Source: Felis catus
Lineage: Eukaryota
NCBI RefSeq assembly: GCF_018350175.1
Contig: NC_058373.1
Coordinates: 100,690,001-100,754,000 of the forward strand
DNA length: 64,000 nt
Direction: 5' to 3'
The position numbers were made by a program, and so were the translations under genes. The notes under the pieces were generated by a model. The model saw only the letters and a program-made list of their open reading frames with translations. It did no database searches and was not told the DNA's origin. Position 1 is the stretch's first letter; every line of letters starts with the position of its first letter. This document shows positions 24,100 to 37,544 of the stretch, piece after piece.

Positions 24100-24148
<49 letters not shown>
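24100..24148. repeat. (CA)n microsatellite, about 24 units
   Basis: Directly visible. Confidence 0.98.
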
Positions 24149-24150
<2 letters not shown>

Positions 24151-24238
24151 CTCACTTATATGCCAGGCAACTACTGAGCACTTATATACACTGAAGCATC
24201 AGATTAACTTTAGGATATAATATAATGGATTTGGGGAT

Positions 24239-24498
24239 TGTGGTTGTCCTCTCAGTACTCACTCCCATTATGTTTTGCTCTGACTCTCCAAGATCCATTC
24301 CTCTTGGCGAATTGACTGGTGGCATATTAACAAAGATGGTCCAATACGGAAAAGCAAAAGGTTATTAGATATCTAGGGAAGAGACACCCTGTTTATTGAG
24401 TATAAATAAGAAAACATGAAATCCCAGAAGCTTTTGGTGGCCATCTTGCCATCACAGTGCAGCCAGCCTTGGAATGATATGGATGCTCCAAAGAACAG
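24239..24498 (+). mobile_element. MLT1-type LTR, 5' part (continues at ~31796-31960 after the L1)
   Basis: 'ggtggccatcttgccatcac...gccagcct' before the L1. 'ggcttttcagttatataagacattaaattccctc...ctcctaaatgaca' after it. Confidence 0.6.
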
Positions 24499-26652
24499 TG
24501 TAGAAGATGGTAGAGTAGGAGGATCTTAGGTTCACCTCGTCCCATGGATATACCTAAATAACACCCACATCAGGATAAATATCCTAGAAAATTACCCAAA
24601 GATTGGAAGAACAGATTCTCTACAGATAAACGTAGAGAGGAGGCTACATCGAAGAGGGTAGGAAGGGCAAAGATGCAGTTGTGAGCCAAGCTGACCTGTG
24701 GGACTGTCCTCGGGAGCAAGGGACACTGTGGGCATGGAGAGGGGAGAGAAGCAGATCCCACACCAAGCATCCTAGGCACAGGGCACTCATGTTGGGAAGA
24801 AAAATGCCCATAACATTTGGCTTTGAGAACCAGAGGGTTTTAACTTCACTAGTTCTTACAACCTGTGGGGCTTAACACCTGAAACTTTAAAAATCAGTGG
24901 GCTTGGCTCCAGGAGAGCTAGGATGGTGATAGGAAACTGAGTCCCTGCCTTTAAAGAGATGGTATAACAAAAAACCCTCTGAGATATAGCATAGGTGCAG
25001 TTGTTTGAAAAATGCATGGAGTATATGGGAGGAAGATTTATTTACTAATTTCAGTGCTGGAGATGTAAGGATCTTTGGGAGACCTCTCCAAGAACAAAAG
25101 AGCTGATAGGTGCCATTTCCCCTTCCTCCCATAGCCTATATGGACACATGGATGCCTGTGGGAACCTGTGCAGCACCAACATTTTCCACATAGCTTGCTA
25201 ACGACATGTTCCACCCCAGCATTCTCCTGCAGACATGCTCCCTCCATCCTGGCCATAGCAGGAATTTTCCAAAGTGGCTCAAGGTCCTTACTCACAGCAG
25301 ACTGGTGCAAGCTATGCTAATACCACGAACCCCACCCACTCATTCTCCTACAGACCTTCCCCCTCCCAATCTGGCCTTGGCAAAAGTTTTCCAAAGCAGC
25401 CACAGGTCCTTGACCACAGCCCACCTGCACAAATCTTTCTAACAACTGGTGTCCCACACCCACATTCTCCTGCAGACCCACCCTTGGCAGGAGTTCTTCC
25501 AACTCAGCACCACAAATGTGGCAATGTATAAGCAGCCCTGACAGGGGCCAGCACCATAACCACACACACCAGTCTGACTGTGCCCCAGCAGTGGGCTGGG
25601 GGCAGACATCTGGTCTGACTTTAGGCTCCACCCACCAACGAAAGCCTCTCAGGAGACAACATAGGGAAAACACCCAGCAGTTTAGTGCTACTGTATCTCT
25701 GGCAAACACCTGGTCTGACTCAACTCAACACCAAGGGGGTCCCAGACAGGTCCATCAACATGGAAACCAAACCCTGTCCACAGTAGGCAAAGAGAGTCAT
25801 TGCAGATCACTGGACTAAAGGCAAACATGGCTCAACTACAACTGTAGGGCGCATGCAACACACATAGGAGACACCACAAGGCACCAGGTTCTAGTGAACC
25901 AGAGACACTGCACTGCAGGGCACTACAGATCTCCTTTTCACAAAGCCACTACTTTCAAGAGCTAGAGACATAGCTCACTTTCCTAATACATAGAAACAGA
26001 CACAGAGAGTTAGACAAAATGAGGAGATAGAGGAATATGTCCCAAATGAAAAAACAAGACAAAATCACAGAAAGAGAGCTAAATGAAATGGAGATAAGTA
26101 ATAATATACCTGCTGGAGAATTTAAAGTAATGATCATAAAGATACTTGCTGGACTTGAGAAAAGAGTGGAGGACTTTAGTGAGAATCTCAAGAAAAGAGA
26201 GGGAGAGAGAGAGAAAGAGAGAGGAAGTAAAAAAGAACCGGACAAAAGACTCAATAACTGAAATTAAAAACACACTAGAGGGAATAAATAGTAAACTAAA
26301 GGAAGAAAAAGAAAGGATCAGTAATCTCAAGCTAAAGTAAGGGAAAGCAATCAAGCTGAGCAGGAGAGAAAAATAATAAAAAAATGAAAATAGATTAAGG
26401 GAACACAGTGATACCATCAAACGTAATAGCATTTACATTATAGGGATCCTAGGAGAAGAGAGAGAAAAGGGGGCAGAAAATAGTCTTGAAGAAATAATAG
26501 AAAACTTCCTGAATCTGGGGGAGGAAACAGAAATCCAGACCCAGGAGGCACAGAGAGCCCCCAACAAAATCAACCCAAGTAGGTCTACAGTAATACACAT
26601 AGTAATACACATAGTAATTAATTACACATAGTAATTAAAATGGCAAAATATA

Positions 26653-26871
26653 GGGGCGCCTGGGTGGCGCAGTCGGTTAAGCGTCCGACTTCAGCCAGGT
26701 CACGATCTCGCGGTCCGTGAGTTCAAGCCCCGCGTCAGGCTCTGGGCTGATGGCTCAGAGCCTGGAGCCTGTTTCCGATTCTGTGTCTCCCTCTCTCTCT
26801 GCCCCTCCCCCGTTCATGCTCTGTCTCTCTCTGTCCCAAAAATAAATAAACGTTGAAAAAAAATTTTTTTT
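26653..26871 (+). mobile_element. Young SINEC_Fc inside L1 ORF1
   Basis: CpG-rich; perfect 16-bp TSD aaatggcaaaatatag. Confidence 0.97.
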
Positions 26872-27731
26872 AAATGGCAAAATATAGTGATAAAGAGAGA
26901 ATTTTAAAAGCAAGAAAAAACAGAACAAAACAAAACAGTTACATACAAGGGAAACCCCATAAGGCTATGAGCTGATTTTTCAGCAGAAACTTTGCAGGCC
27001 AGAGGGAGAGGCATGATATATTCAAAGTGCTGAAAGAAAGAAACCCTTCAACCAAGAATACTCTATCCATTAAGGCTATCATTTAGAAGAGTAGAGATAA
27101 GAGTGTCCCAGACAAACAGAAGTTAAAGGAATTCATCACCATTAAACCAGCTTTATAAGAAATATTAATGGGGATTCTTTGAGTGGAAAGGAAAGGCTAT
27201 AAGCAGGAGTAAGAAAAGTAGGAAGTATAAAATTCAGTCAATGGATTTACAAATTAAAAGGATGAGGAGTATAATATTATATATCTAAAACTTGTGAGGT
27301 CAAGGAGGAGTAAAAATTTAGTGCTTTTAGAATAGAATGGGTTCAAACTTAAGCGACCATCATAAATAAGAGATGTTATTTAAAAACCTAATGCTAACCA
27401 CAAATCAAAAACTGGTAATAGTTATGCAAAAATTTAAGAGAAAGGAATCCAGGTATATCACTAAAGAAAGCCAGCAAACATGAGAGGAAAGAACAAGAGA
27501 AGAAAGGAACAGAGAAGAAGTACAAAAAAAACATAACCATAAAACAAATAACAAAATGGCAATAAGTGCATACTTATCAACAATCACTTTGAATGTAAAT
27601 GTATTACAAACGCTCCAGTAAAAGACATAGGGTGATGAAAGGGAAGAAAAAGCAAGACCCATCTATATGCTGCCTGTAAGAGACTCATTTCACACCAAAA
27701 GACACATGCAGATTGAAAGTGGAGGGATGGA

Positions 27732-27887
27732 GGGGAGCCTGGGTGGCTCAGTCAATTAAGTGTCTGACTTCAGCTCAGGACATGATCTCCAGAGTCCATG
27801 TTGGGCCCTATGCTGACAGCTCAGAGCCTGGAGCCTTCTTTGGATTCTGTGTCTCCCTCTCTTTGCCCCTCCCCTGCTCACACTCTG

Positions 27888-27938
<51 letters not shown>

Positions 27939-27970
27939 TAAATAAACATTTAAAAAATTAAAAAATAAAA
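27732..27970 (+). mobile_element. Can-SINE inside the L1 ORF2 endonuclease region
   Basis: TSD gaaagtg(g/a)agggatgga, long (CT)n tract, small internal deletion. Confidence 0.93.
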
Positions 27971-29239
27971 GAAAGTGAAGGGATGGAAAAGCATTTATCA
28001 TTCAAACAGAAGTGAAAAGAAAGCCCAGGCAACAATACTTCTATCAGACAAAATAGACTTTAAAACAAAGACTGTAAGAAAAGACAAAGAAGGACACTCC
28101 ATAATATTAATGGGAAGAATTTTTATTATAAGATATAACAATTGTAAATATTTATGCATCCAAAGTGGGAACACCTAAATACATAAAGGAAGTAATCAGT
28201 AGTAATACAATAAGAGTAGAGGACTTTAATACCCCACTTACATCAATGGACAGATCATTCAGACAGAAAATCAACAAGGAAATAGAGGCTTTGGATGACA
28301 CACTGGACCAGATGGATCTAACAGATATATTGAGGACATTCCATTCTAAAACAGTGGAATATACATTCTTTCCAAGGGAACATAGAACATTCTTCAAAAT
28401 AGATCACATGTTAGGCCATAAAACAAGTGTCAACAAATTAAAATAGACTGAAGTCATACCATTCATCTTTTCTGACCACAATACTATGAAACTAGAAATC
28501 AACCACAAGAAAAAATCTGGAAAGAACACAAATATATGGAGGTTAAATAACATGACACTAAAACACTGAATGGGTCAACCAAGAAACAAAAGAAGAGTTA
28601 AAAAAAAATATATGGAGACAAGTGAAAATGAAAACACAATGATCCAAAATCTTTGAGATGTAGCAAAGGCTTTTCTAAAAGGGAAGTTTATAGCAATACA
28701 GGCCTACCTCAAGAAGCAAGAAAAATATCAAATAAACAACCAAACAACACACCTAAAGGAGCTAGAAAAGAAGAATAAATAAAACCCCAAACCAGTAGAA
28801 GGAAGGAAATAATAAAGATTAGAGCAGAAAGAAATGAAATAAAAACTAAAACAACAATAGAACAGATCCTGAACCAAGAGCTGATTCTTTGAAAAGATCA
28901 ACAAAATTGGTAAACCTTTAGTCAGACTCCTTAAAAAAAAAGAAAGAAAATAGAGAGAGGACTCAAATAAACAAAATCAGATATGGAAGAAGAGAAATAA
29001 CCAATACCACAGAAATACAATTATAAGAGATGTTGTGAAAAATTACATGACAACGAATTGGGTAACCTAAAAAAATGGCTAAATTCCTAGTAGCATATAA
29101 CCTCCCAAAACAGGATCAGGAAGAAATAAAAAATTTAAACAGACCAATTACCAGCAATAAAATCATATCAGTAATCAAAAAAACTCCCAAAACACAAAAG
29201 TTTAAGATGGCTTCACAGGTGAATTCTACTAAACATTTA

Positions 29240-29356
29240 TTTATTTTTTTAAAATATTTTATTTTTAAGTAATCTCTATACCTAACATGGGCCTCAAACT
29301 TACAACCCTGAGATCAAGAATTACATACTCTACTGACTGAGCCAGCCAGGCGACCC
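29240..29356 (-). mobile_element. Short Can-SINE inside L1 ORF2
   Basis: 15-bp TSD tctactaaacattta. Confidence 0.9.
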
Positions 29357-32199
29357 TCTACTAAACATTTAAAGAAGAGTTAATACCTATTCTTCTCAAA
29401 CTATTCCAAAAAAATGGAAGAGGAAGGAAAGCTTCCACATTCATTCTATGAGACCAGCATTACCCTGATACAGAAACCAGACAAAGACATTTCAAAAAGG
29501 AGAACTACAGGCCAATATCTCTGATTAAGAAAGACACAAATATGCTCAACAAAATATTAGCAAAGTGAATCCAACAATACATGAAAAAAATCACTCACCA
29601 TGATCAAGTGAGATTTATTTCTTGGATGCAAGGGTGGTTCAGTATGTGCAAATCAATCAGTAAGATACATCAATAAGAGAAAGGATAAAAACCATATGAT
29701 CATTTCAATAGATGCAGAAGAAGCATTTGACAAAGCACAACATCTATTCATTATAAAAACCCTCAGCAAAGTAGTTTTAGAGGAAACATACCTCAACCTA
29801 ATAAAGGCCAAATATGGAAAACACACAGCTAATGTCATACTCAAGGGTGAAAAGCTGAGAGCTTTCCCCCTAAGATAAGGAACAAGATAAGAAAGGTATT
29901 CTCACCACTATTTTTTTCACCACTTTTTTCACCATCAGTACTGGAAGTCTTAGACACAGCAATCAGACACACACAAAAAGGAATAAAAGGCATCCAGATT
30001 GGCAAGGAAGAAGAGAAACCTTCATTATTTGCAGATGACATGATAATATATATAGAAAACCCTAAAGACTTGACCAAAAAATTACTAGAACTGATAAATG
30101 AATTAAGTAAGGTCACAGGACAAAAAAATAAATGCATAGAACTCTGTTGCATTTCTATATACTAATAATGAAGTAGCAGAAAGAGAAATTAAGAAAATAA
30201 TCCCATTTACAGTTGCCCCCAAAATAATAAAATATCAAGGATAAATTTAACTTAGGAGGTGAAAGACCTGTACTCTAAAACTATAAAACACTGATGAAAG
30301 AAACTGAAGACGACACAAACAAATGGAAAGAGATTCTATCCTCATGGATTAGAAGAACAAATGTTGCTAAAATGTCCATAACTACCCAAAGCAATCTACA
30401 GATTCAATGCAATCCCTATCAAAATACCAATAGCACTTTTCACAGAACTAGAACAAATAGTCCTGAAATTTGAACGGAACCATAAAAGACCCCAAATAGT
30501 CAAAGCAATATTCGAAAAGAAGAACAAAACTATAAGTATCACAATCCCAGATTTTAAGATATATTACAAAGCTGTAGTAATCAAAACAATATGGTCCTGG
30601 CATAAAAGTAGACACATAGATCAATAGAACAGAATACAAAGCCCAGAAACAAACCCACCATTATATGGTCAATTAATCTTTTACAAAGGAGGCAGGAATT
30701 TGCAATGGGAAAAAGTCTTTTCAACAAATGGTGCTAGGAAAACTGGATAGCCTCATGCAGAAGAAGGAAACCAAACCACTTTCTTACATCGTACACAAAA
30801 ATAAACTCAAAATGGATTGAAGACCTAAATGTGAGACCTGAAACCATAAAAATCCTAGAAGAAAGCACAGGCAGTAATTTCTCTGACATCAGCTGTAGCA
30901 ACATTTTTCTAGATATGTCTCCTGAGGCAAGGGAAATAAAAGCAGAAGCAAACTATTGGGACTACATTAAAATAAGGACTTCTGTTTGGCAAGGGAAACA
31001 GTCAACAAAACCAAATAAAAACCTACTGAATGGGAGAAGATTTTTGCAAATGACATAGCTGATAAAGGGTTAGTATCCAAATAGATAAAACCAAAAAAGC
31101 AAAGAATCCAATTAAAAATAAGCAGAACACATGGACAGACATTTATCCAAAGAAGACATACAGATAGCAAACAGACACAGGAAAAGATGCTCAATCAACA
31201 TCGTTCATCACCAGGGAAACGCAAATCAAAACAGCAATGAGATATCACCTCACACCTGTCAGAATAGCTAGAATCAAATACACACCAAATAATAAGTGTT
31301 GGCAAGGATGTGAAGAAAAAGACATTTGTGCACTGTTGGTGGGAATGCAAACTCATACAGCCACTGTGCAAAATGGTATGGAGGTTCCTCGCAAAATTCA
31401 ATAGCAATACCATATGATTTAGTAATTCTACTCCTGGGTATTTTCCCAAGGAATACAAAAACACTAACTCTAAAAGATATGTGCACCCCTGTTTATTGCA
31501 GCATCATTTACAATGATTTCATATCATTTACAATGATATGATTTCACTCATATGTGGAATTTAGGAAACAAATGAACAAAGGAAAAAATAAACAAAAAAC
31601 CAGGCTCTTAACTATAGGGAACAAACTGATGGTTACCAGACGAGAGGTGAGGGGGGCTGGGTGAAATAGGTGAAGGGGATTAAGAGTACACTTACCATGA
31701 TGAGCACTAGGTAATGTATCAAATTGTTGAATCATTATATTGTACACCTGAAACTAATATAACACTGTATGTTAATTACACTGGAATTAAAAAAACAAAG
31801 AATAGAAAACTAAAAGACAGAGCCGACAACGGAAAGAAGCTGAATATGTCATGAAATTGGTAAGCCTTTCCTACCACTGGGCTTTTCAGTTATATAAGAC
31901 ATTAAATTCCCTCATTTATTTGGGTTTTATGGTTTATCACCAAAGATCTCCTAAATGACACAGATAAACGTTCTCCCTATAAACGTTCAATAAATTTTAT
32001 TGATGAAGAAGCTGAAGCTCAGCACATTTGAGAGCGGCTAAATACCCTGACCTTTAGAAAACATCCAAGGTCTCACAGCTAGTGAGGGCCCAACTGGATT
32101 GGAACCCAGGCTGTCTAACCACCAAGTCATTTTTTTCTCTTCAAGAGAAGTGTTGTATAATCAGATGTCAGCCATTTAACAGTGGTTTAGTCTCTACTT

Positions 32200-32660
32200 A
32201 GGGACTAAATCTAGAATCTTAAAAGTGAAGCCAGGCAGTATTTGAGAAAAAATGAGATCTGGGTTGCATGGCATAGGAGCTATTGTTTCCACCTGCCCAA
32301 CACCTCTTCTCTCTTCTGCTCACAACCCTTTCACCCTCTACTCTCTCTGCACTACCCACCCTCAGCCATGTGGCTCAGCTGCCCAATCAGATTCCTGCCT
32401 CCAACCCCCTTTGGAATCTGAGGTCTCCCTGCAGGCAGAGAGTAGATGGAGCAGTCATCTATGGGAAGCACCTCAGAGAGCAGACCATGAGCTCCTGCAG
32501 AAGCTTCCAGGTGCTGATTCTTTCTGATGCCTGGTTAATTCATGTGTTCTTACAATTCTAAGAGCTTCTGTCACATCCTCTTGCACAAACCTCTTTTGGC
32601 CTTAAATTAGCCAGACTTGGTTCCTGTTGCTTGTAACAAAACATCCTAGGTTATACTTAT
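32200..32660 (+). mobile_element. Old MLT1-type LTR
   Basis: MaLR 3' end 'ccttaaattagccagacttggttcctgttgcttgtaacaaaacatcct'. Confidence 0.55.
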
Positions 32661-34051
32661 GGCAGTATTCAAGGCTCTATTCCTAAGGCTACCTGTACAT
32701 TTGGTATTTGGATAATTGGTGGACTGCAGGGGATGAGGTTATTTCTAAATACCAAGAAGATGATGGTCCCAGATGGTCCGTTCAGCCTGCCTATCTCAGG
32801 AGCTTCCATTTTAGCAACATTCAAAAAGATTCTTTTAAAAAGGACTGTGAAAAGTTGCGATTTATTTAAAAGGGATCAAATTATAGCAAGCAAATTATGT
32901 ACTTTATACTTATTAATATAGGTGTACTATAATTTATAGCGTTAGGAGTATTTTTATTTAATTACACACTCCCAACTCCACTCAGTTAAGGACTGGTAAA
33001 AATCTTCTTATGGCTGGTTAGAGACAAAGAACTCTAATCTTTACCCTGATCTTGGGCTTTTCCTCACATTATTCTCTCCTTGTGTTTCATGGTCAAAGAA
33101 ATCAATGATTTTTCTGTTTTCTCCTCTCAGAATGCTTGGAGGGACTGTTTATCCTGCCCCTGGAGTTTGGGACTAAAAAAACGATTTATGGGAAAGCATG
33201 GCTGTGTGTGCATGCTGAGCCGTGGAAAACAGCAGGATTTTCTTTGGGATACTTTCCTCCTCACTTACCCCCCCCTTTTTTTTTTCATATTGCCCCTCGT
33301 TTTGTATCTAGGACTAGTGTCAATTTATACTAATCTTCTTCAGCCATCCATAGTATGACCTATTAATGCTCAGTTCTTGAGTCAGCACTGACAAGTTCAG
33401 ATAGTATGGCAACAGCATCAGTGGTCCCCAGGGAGAAGGGTAAGGATACAGGATGAGCGTGTGATGCCGCTGGGCTAGATATCCAGTGAGCAGAGACGAG
33501 TGCTGAGGGCCTATGTAGCCTTCTGATTTACAGCATGATTTTCCTGTCTTTGTTCAATCTGATTAAACTTTTTACTCTCAGAAAAGATTTTTGTTTTTTT
33601 CCCAGAAAGCTTGGTGTCCTTTACTGCCATCTAGCTTCAGTAGTGGGCCACCCTAGTCCTCCAGAGAGATCTTTAACCACTTTAAAGAGTAAAGGATTGG
33701 AGTTTCTGGTTATCTTTGTCTCTTTCAAAAAGTCCCTCTGTTTTTATGTAAATTATTGGGTGCGAATAATTGGTGCAGCTCTGGATGTGGCTGTAGCCAC
33801 GCTCTATGTTCTGTTATACCAGTGCCTCACAGCATTAAGTGAACAAATCTTTCTCCACTACAGATACTCAACAATACAGTTTTCTATAACACATGCCTAG
33901 ACTCCTGTAAAAGAGCCAGATCCTGTTTTTGTATAAGAAGGTCACTAAATATCTAAAATGGAAATATCAAGAACTATTAGCATCATCACATGGTGGTACT
34001 ATTGTGAAACATAGCTAAGAAGTTGAAAATGTTTGCTTCTGAACAGTTATT

Positions 34052-34134
34052 GTTAGGTCTTATAGAAGATGTTAGTTTTTAAACTTTTGTTTAAAAGTTA
34101 GGTCTTATAGAAGATGTTAGTTTTAAAGCTTTTG
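34052..34134. repeat. 45-bp-period tandem duplication
   Basis: 'gttaggtcttatagaagatgttagtttt' occurs at both 34052 and 34097. Confidence 0.92.
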
Positions 34135-34335
34135 ACTTTGAGGGAAATGAACTTTCTAAGAAATGGCATCATTTTTCCTTTGATGGGCATAAAATTTGCT
34201 TTGTCTCCATGGATTATGTCTGTGGCCTCAAAGTCCCATTTTTTTAAATTTTGAGCTCACTTTTTCATGTTAGTAACTTTCCCTAAATATGTGATATTTG
34301 TGGCTATTAGCTCATATTGAAGTGTGCAACACTGA

Positions 34336-34338
<3 letters not shown>

Positions 34339-34408
<70 letters not shown>
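34339..34408. repeat. Compound (TA)n(GA)n microsatellite
   Basis: Directly visible. Confidence 0.98.
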
Positions 34409-34409
<1 letters not shown>

Positions 34410-34529
34410 GAATGTATTTCTGTGTGTGAGGGAGGCGTTATTGAAAGGTATCCTGAACTGTTGAGTAACTGGAATGGGCTTCTTTGTTAGGGTCCTCTGA
34501 CTTAGGGAAAGTCCCTAGGACTTTCCCCA

Positions 34530-35358
34530 TGGACTGGTGTTTTTCCAATGTGACCTTGCAATCTCTCATCAAGAGGTGAGTGTATTTCTCCACCCCTCTG
34601 CAACTGATAGGCTCTGGGGCTGCTTTGACCAGTAAATCCAATGGAAGTGATGCTGAGGGCAGTTCTGGGCTTGGTCTTCAGCTAGTCTTGTAGCTTCTGC
34701 TTCCTGTGTCTTGCAAGCCACTCTCCATTTAAGAAATACAACTATCCCGAGGCCACACTGCTATGAGAAGCCCAAGCCATAAGGAGAGGCTCTGGAGAAT
34801 GTGACAGGCTAGGGGAAGACGGAGAGGGAGATAGGTAGAGAGAGAGAGGGAGAGGGAGAGAGAAAGAGAGGCAGAGAAAGAATGGGGAGAGAGGGAGGGA
34901 GAGAGGGAGGGGGGGAGAGAGGGAAAGGGTGGGGGGAGAGAGAGAGTAAAAGGGCAGGGACAGTGAGAGGGAGAAAGAAGGAGAGGGAGAGAGAGAGAGG
35001 ATGGGGAAAGAGGGAGAGAGAGACGATGGGAGAGAGAGGGAGTGAGAGGGAAAGGGGCAAAAAGAGAGTGAGAGAAGGAGAGGGAGAGAGGAAGAAGGAG
35101 GGGAGGAGGAAGAAGGAGGGAGGGAAGAAAGCAAACTCAGGTATCCCTTAGGTATCAGAATGTGAGTGATGAATCCACATTGGAAATGGATCCTTGTGCT
35201 TTCGCTGCCCCAGCGAATGCTATGAGGAGCAGAGATGATCTGGCCAGCTGAACCCTTCCTTAATTCCTGACCCATAAAATTGTGAACAAAGCAAAATGGC
35301 TGCTTTAAACCACTACGTTTTGGGGGCAGTTTTAATGCAGCAGTAAATAATAGAAACA
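34530..35358 (+). mobile_element. MLT1-type LTR containing an expanded polypurine tract (~34812-35130)
   Basis: 'ggccacactgctatgagaagcccaagcca' before the tract and 'ggctgctttaaaccactacgttttggggg...atgcagcagtaaataatagaaaca' at the 3' end. Confidence 0.75.
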
Positions 35359-36342
35359 TTGCATTATGTAGATTTTGAAAAACTCCTTTGGTTTTCAGGC
35401 TTGTGCCGACTCTTTCTTTCGTTAAGAGGTGCAAGGTGCCTCCAGTTCTTGGGGCTTCTGTAATCCAGATCAGCTTGCTTCTGGCTTTGCCCCTCTACCA
35501 GGTTGGGTTTTAGTTTTCTCAGGTCTGCTAAGTCAGTTATCACTAGTCCATTTGCTTTTCAGCTTACAAAATTTTATTACCCTACTTTCTCTTACTGTTT
35601 TCTTCCTTGCAGGTTTATGTGTTTTATTCTTTCCTTACCATAATTTTTGTGGCATTTGGCAGGCAATGGAGGTAAATATACACATTCAATTTTCACATTT
35701 AACTGAATGCTTCCTACACGTTTTATTGACTATTTAGAATGGCAATGGTGCTTTGGGGCTTTGGGCACAGAGAAATAATGGTTTTTGTGAGTCTTTTCAG
35801 CCCCAGGGAAAATTTTGAGATTTCTTCATGAAAGGTGAGAACTGAGTAGGGCTGATTCAGGGACCAAGCCCAATTCTGAGTCTGGTCAGGAACATTCCTG
35901 GAGGGGAATTACTATGGGAACATACTAGGTGCTTTGGCTAGCTGGCTCTGGGAAATAGGCTCTGGGTTGTCAAGGGAAAAAAGGACAGACACACACATTC
36001 CATTCTGTGTTTGTAATTGGGTAAGTTCATGAAGATTCTGGAAGAAGAAAGCAGGGCTGTGAGACTTTCTAGCATCTAGATCACTTTCCATTCAAATGTT
36101 AGCTCACTAAAAGGGAGGGTGACATATGATACATTGCATGTTTCTGTAGAAAAGTCTTTCTCAATTACAAGAGGGGAACAAAGAGAACCAAAGCAAGACA
36201 GGATTTTGTAGGACATAGAAAAAGCTTAAAACAAAAGGTCTGTCACTTGGAGAGTTCCAAGTTCTCAGGTGAGGATGTGAGAACTTCTCTGACAATATGT
36301 GTTAGAATTCCGAGGGGAAAAGAAAGAACCAGGCTTTTGTCA

Positions 36343-36771
36343 GGTTCTGGTACAAGATGGTGAAGGAGGAAGATCCAGAATTCACTCCCTCCCACAGACA
36401 CACCAAATTCACAGCTATATATAAAATAACTTTTTTCTGAAAAAACCCTAAAAACTAGCTGAGTGACTCCTACACATTGGGCAAATGAGAAAAAAAAAAA
36501 AAACAACAACAACAAAACACCACATCACAGTGGGTAGAAGAGGCCAGGACACAATCTTGCCATAAACCCCACTCCCGGCACTGTGACCTATAATCAGGAG
36601 GGAGATCAAAACCTGGAGCTTCTCCCTGAGGAGTAAAGGGTTTGAATCCCACATCAGACACCCCAACTTTTAAGATCTGTACCTGAGAGACAAGCTCTCA
36701 AATTATCCAGCTTTGCAGACCAATGGGCCTCATGTCCACAAGACCCACCAGGCTATAGCAAACTGAGAAAT
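36343..36771 (+). mobile_element. Isolated L1 5'UTR fragment
   Basis: Starts 'caagatggtgaaggaggaagatccagaattcactccctccca', similar to the 5' ends of the L1s at 24499 and 46526. No ORF1 follows. Confidence 0.7.
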
Positions 36772-37544
36772 GAAATTTGTTATTGTAACAAAACCCTGAA
36801 ATTGCTTTTTAAAAAAAATACACTACAAAAAATGAGACTGAAGCTTCCATTGAATTTATGTCAGAAAGTACTTCACATTGGTTGGCTGAATTATCCCACC
36901 ATAAAAACCAAATCAGCCAAACTGAAAACATTTGCAGCCCCATTATTATTATTTTTTTCCCCTGATCTGACCCTAGCCTCTTCTCCAACATGAAAGCTAT
37001 CTGGCCCTAACTTGGACAAGAGCAATTTTAGACCTAAGTATTAGGTTTTGAAGGTGTCATAGGAACAAAAGTAATAGGCTGAAAAACAAAGCCTAAAAAC
37101 AGAGTCTCAGGGAAACAGTGAGTAGGGGAGATTTGTGACACCAGGAGTTGGGAGAAGATTATGAAAAGCGACAGGATATTTTTGGAGCAACCTTCTTTTT
37201 GGAAGAAGTCCAAGGGCAACAAACAGTACATTCAATGACCTGAAACAAGTTTATTAGGAAAGACTTGGGTGTGAGGAACAGCTCCAGGTCACCCCTCTCC
37301 CCGGGGATGTGCACTGAAGAAATGAGAAAGCCAAGTTCAAGGAGATTTTGGTACGTGGGAGATCCAGAGATCATCCAATGGAAAGGAAGAATTAGCTTAA
37401 AAATACAAAGGAATTTTATAGATCCTAGACAATTCTCTAACTCATGGGGAGTTCCAAGTGTTGTGGTGAGTAGGAATTTCTCAGGCAAGAAGATAAACAA
37501 CTCAAGGAGGAAAAACTAATCAAATAACCATAGCCAAACTTAAA

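Larger units (their letters stand above)
24499..31795 (+). mobile_element. Full-length carnivore L1, inactive
   Basis: 5'UTR with decayed YY1-type 'aagatgg' start. ORF1 remnants (MSQMKKQDK...GEFKVMIIKIL). ORF2 from 27556 (MAISAYLSTITLNVN; FNTPLTSMDR; ISIDAEEAFDK; LFADDMI). 3'UTR and A tail. Possible TSD caaagaa(c/t)ag. Many stops and frameshifts. Confidence 0.97.

Noticed and set aside
24499..31795. Potentially active L1
   Set aside because: ORF1 and ORF2 are broken by many stops, frameshifts and three SINE insertions. The L1 at 46526-53279 is likewise dead.
34742..35434. Longest ORF in the track (230 aa)
   Set aside because: An S/L/P-rich artefact of the stop-poor polypyrimidine strand inside an MLT1 LTR.
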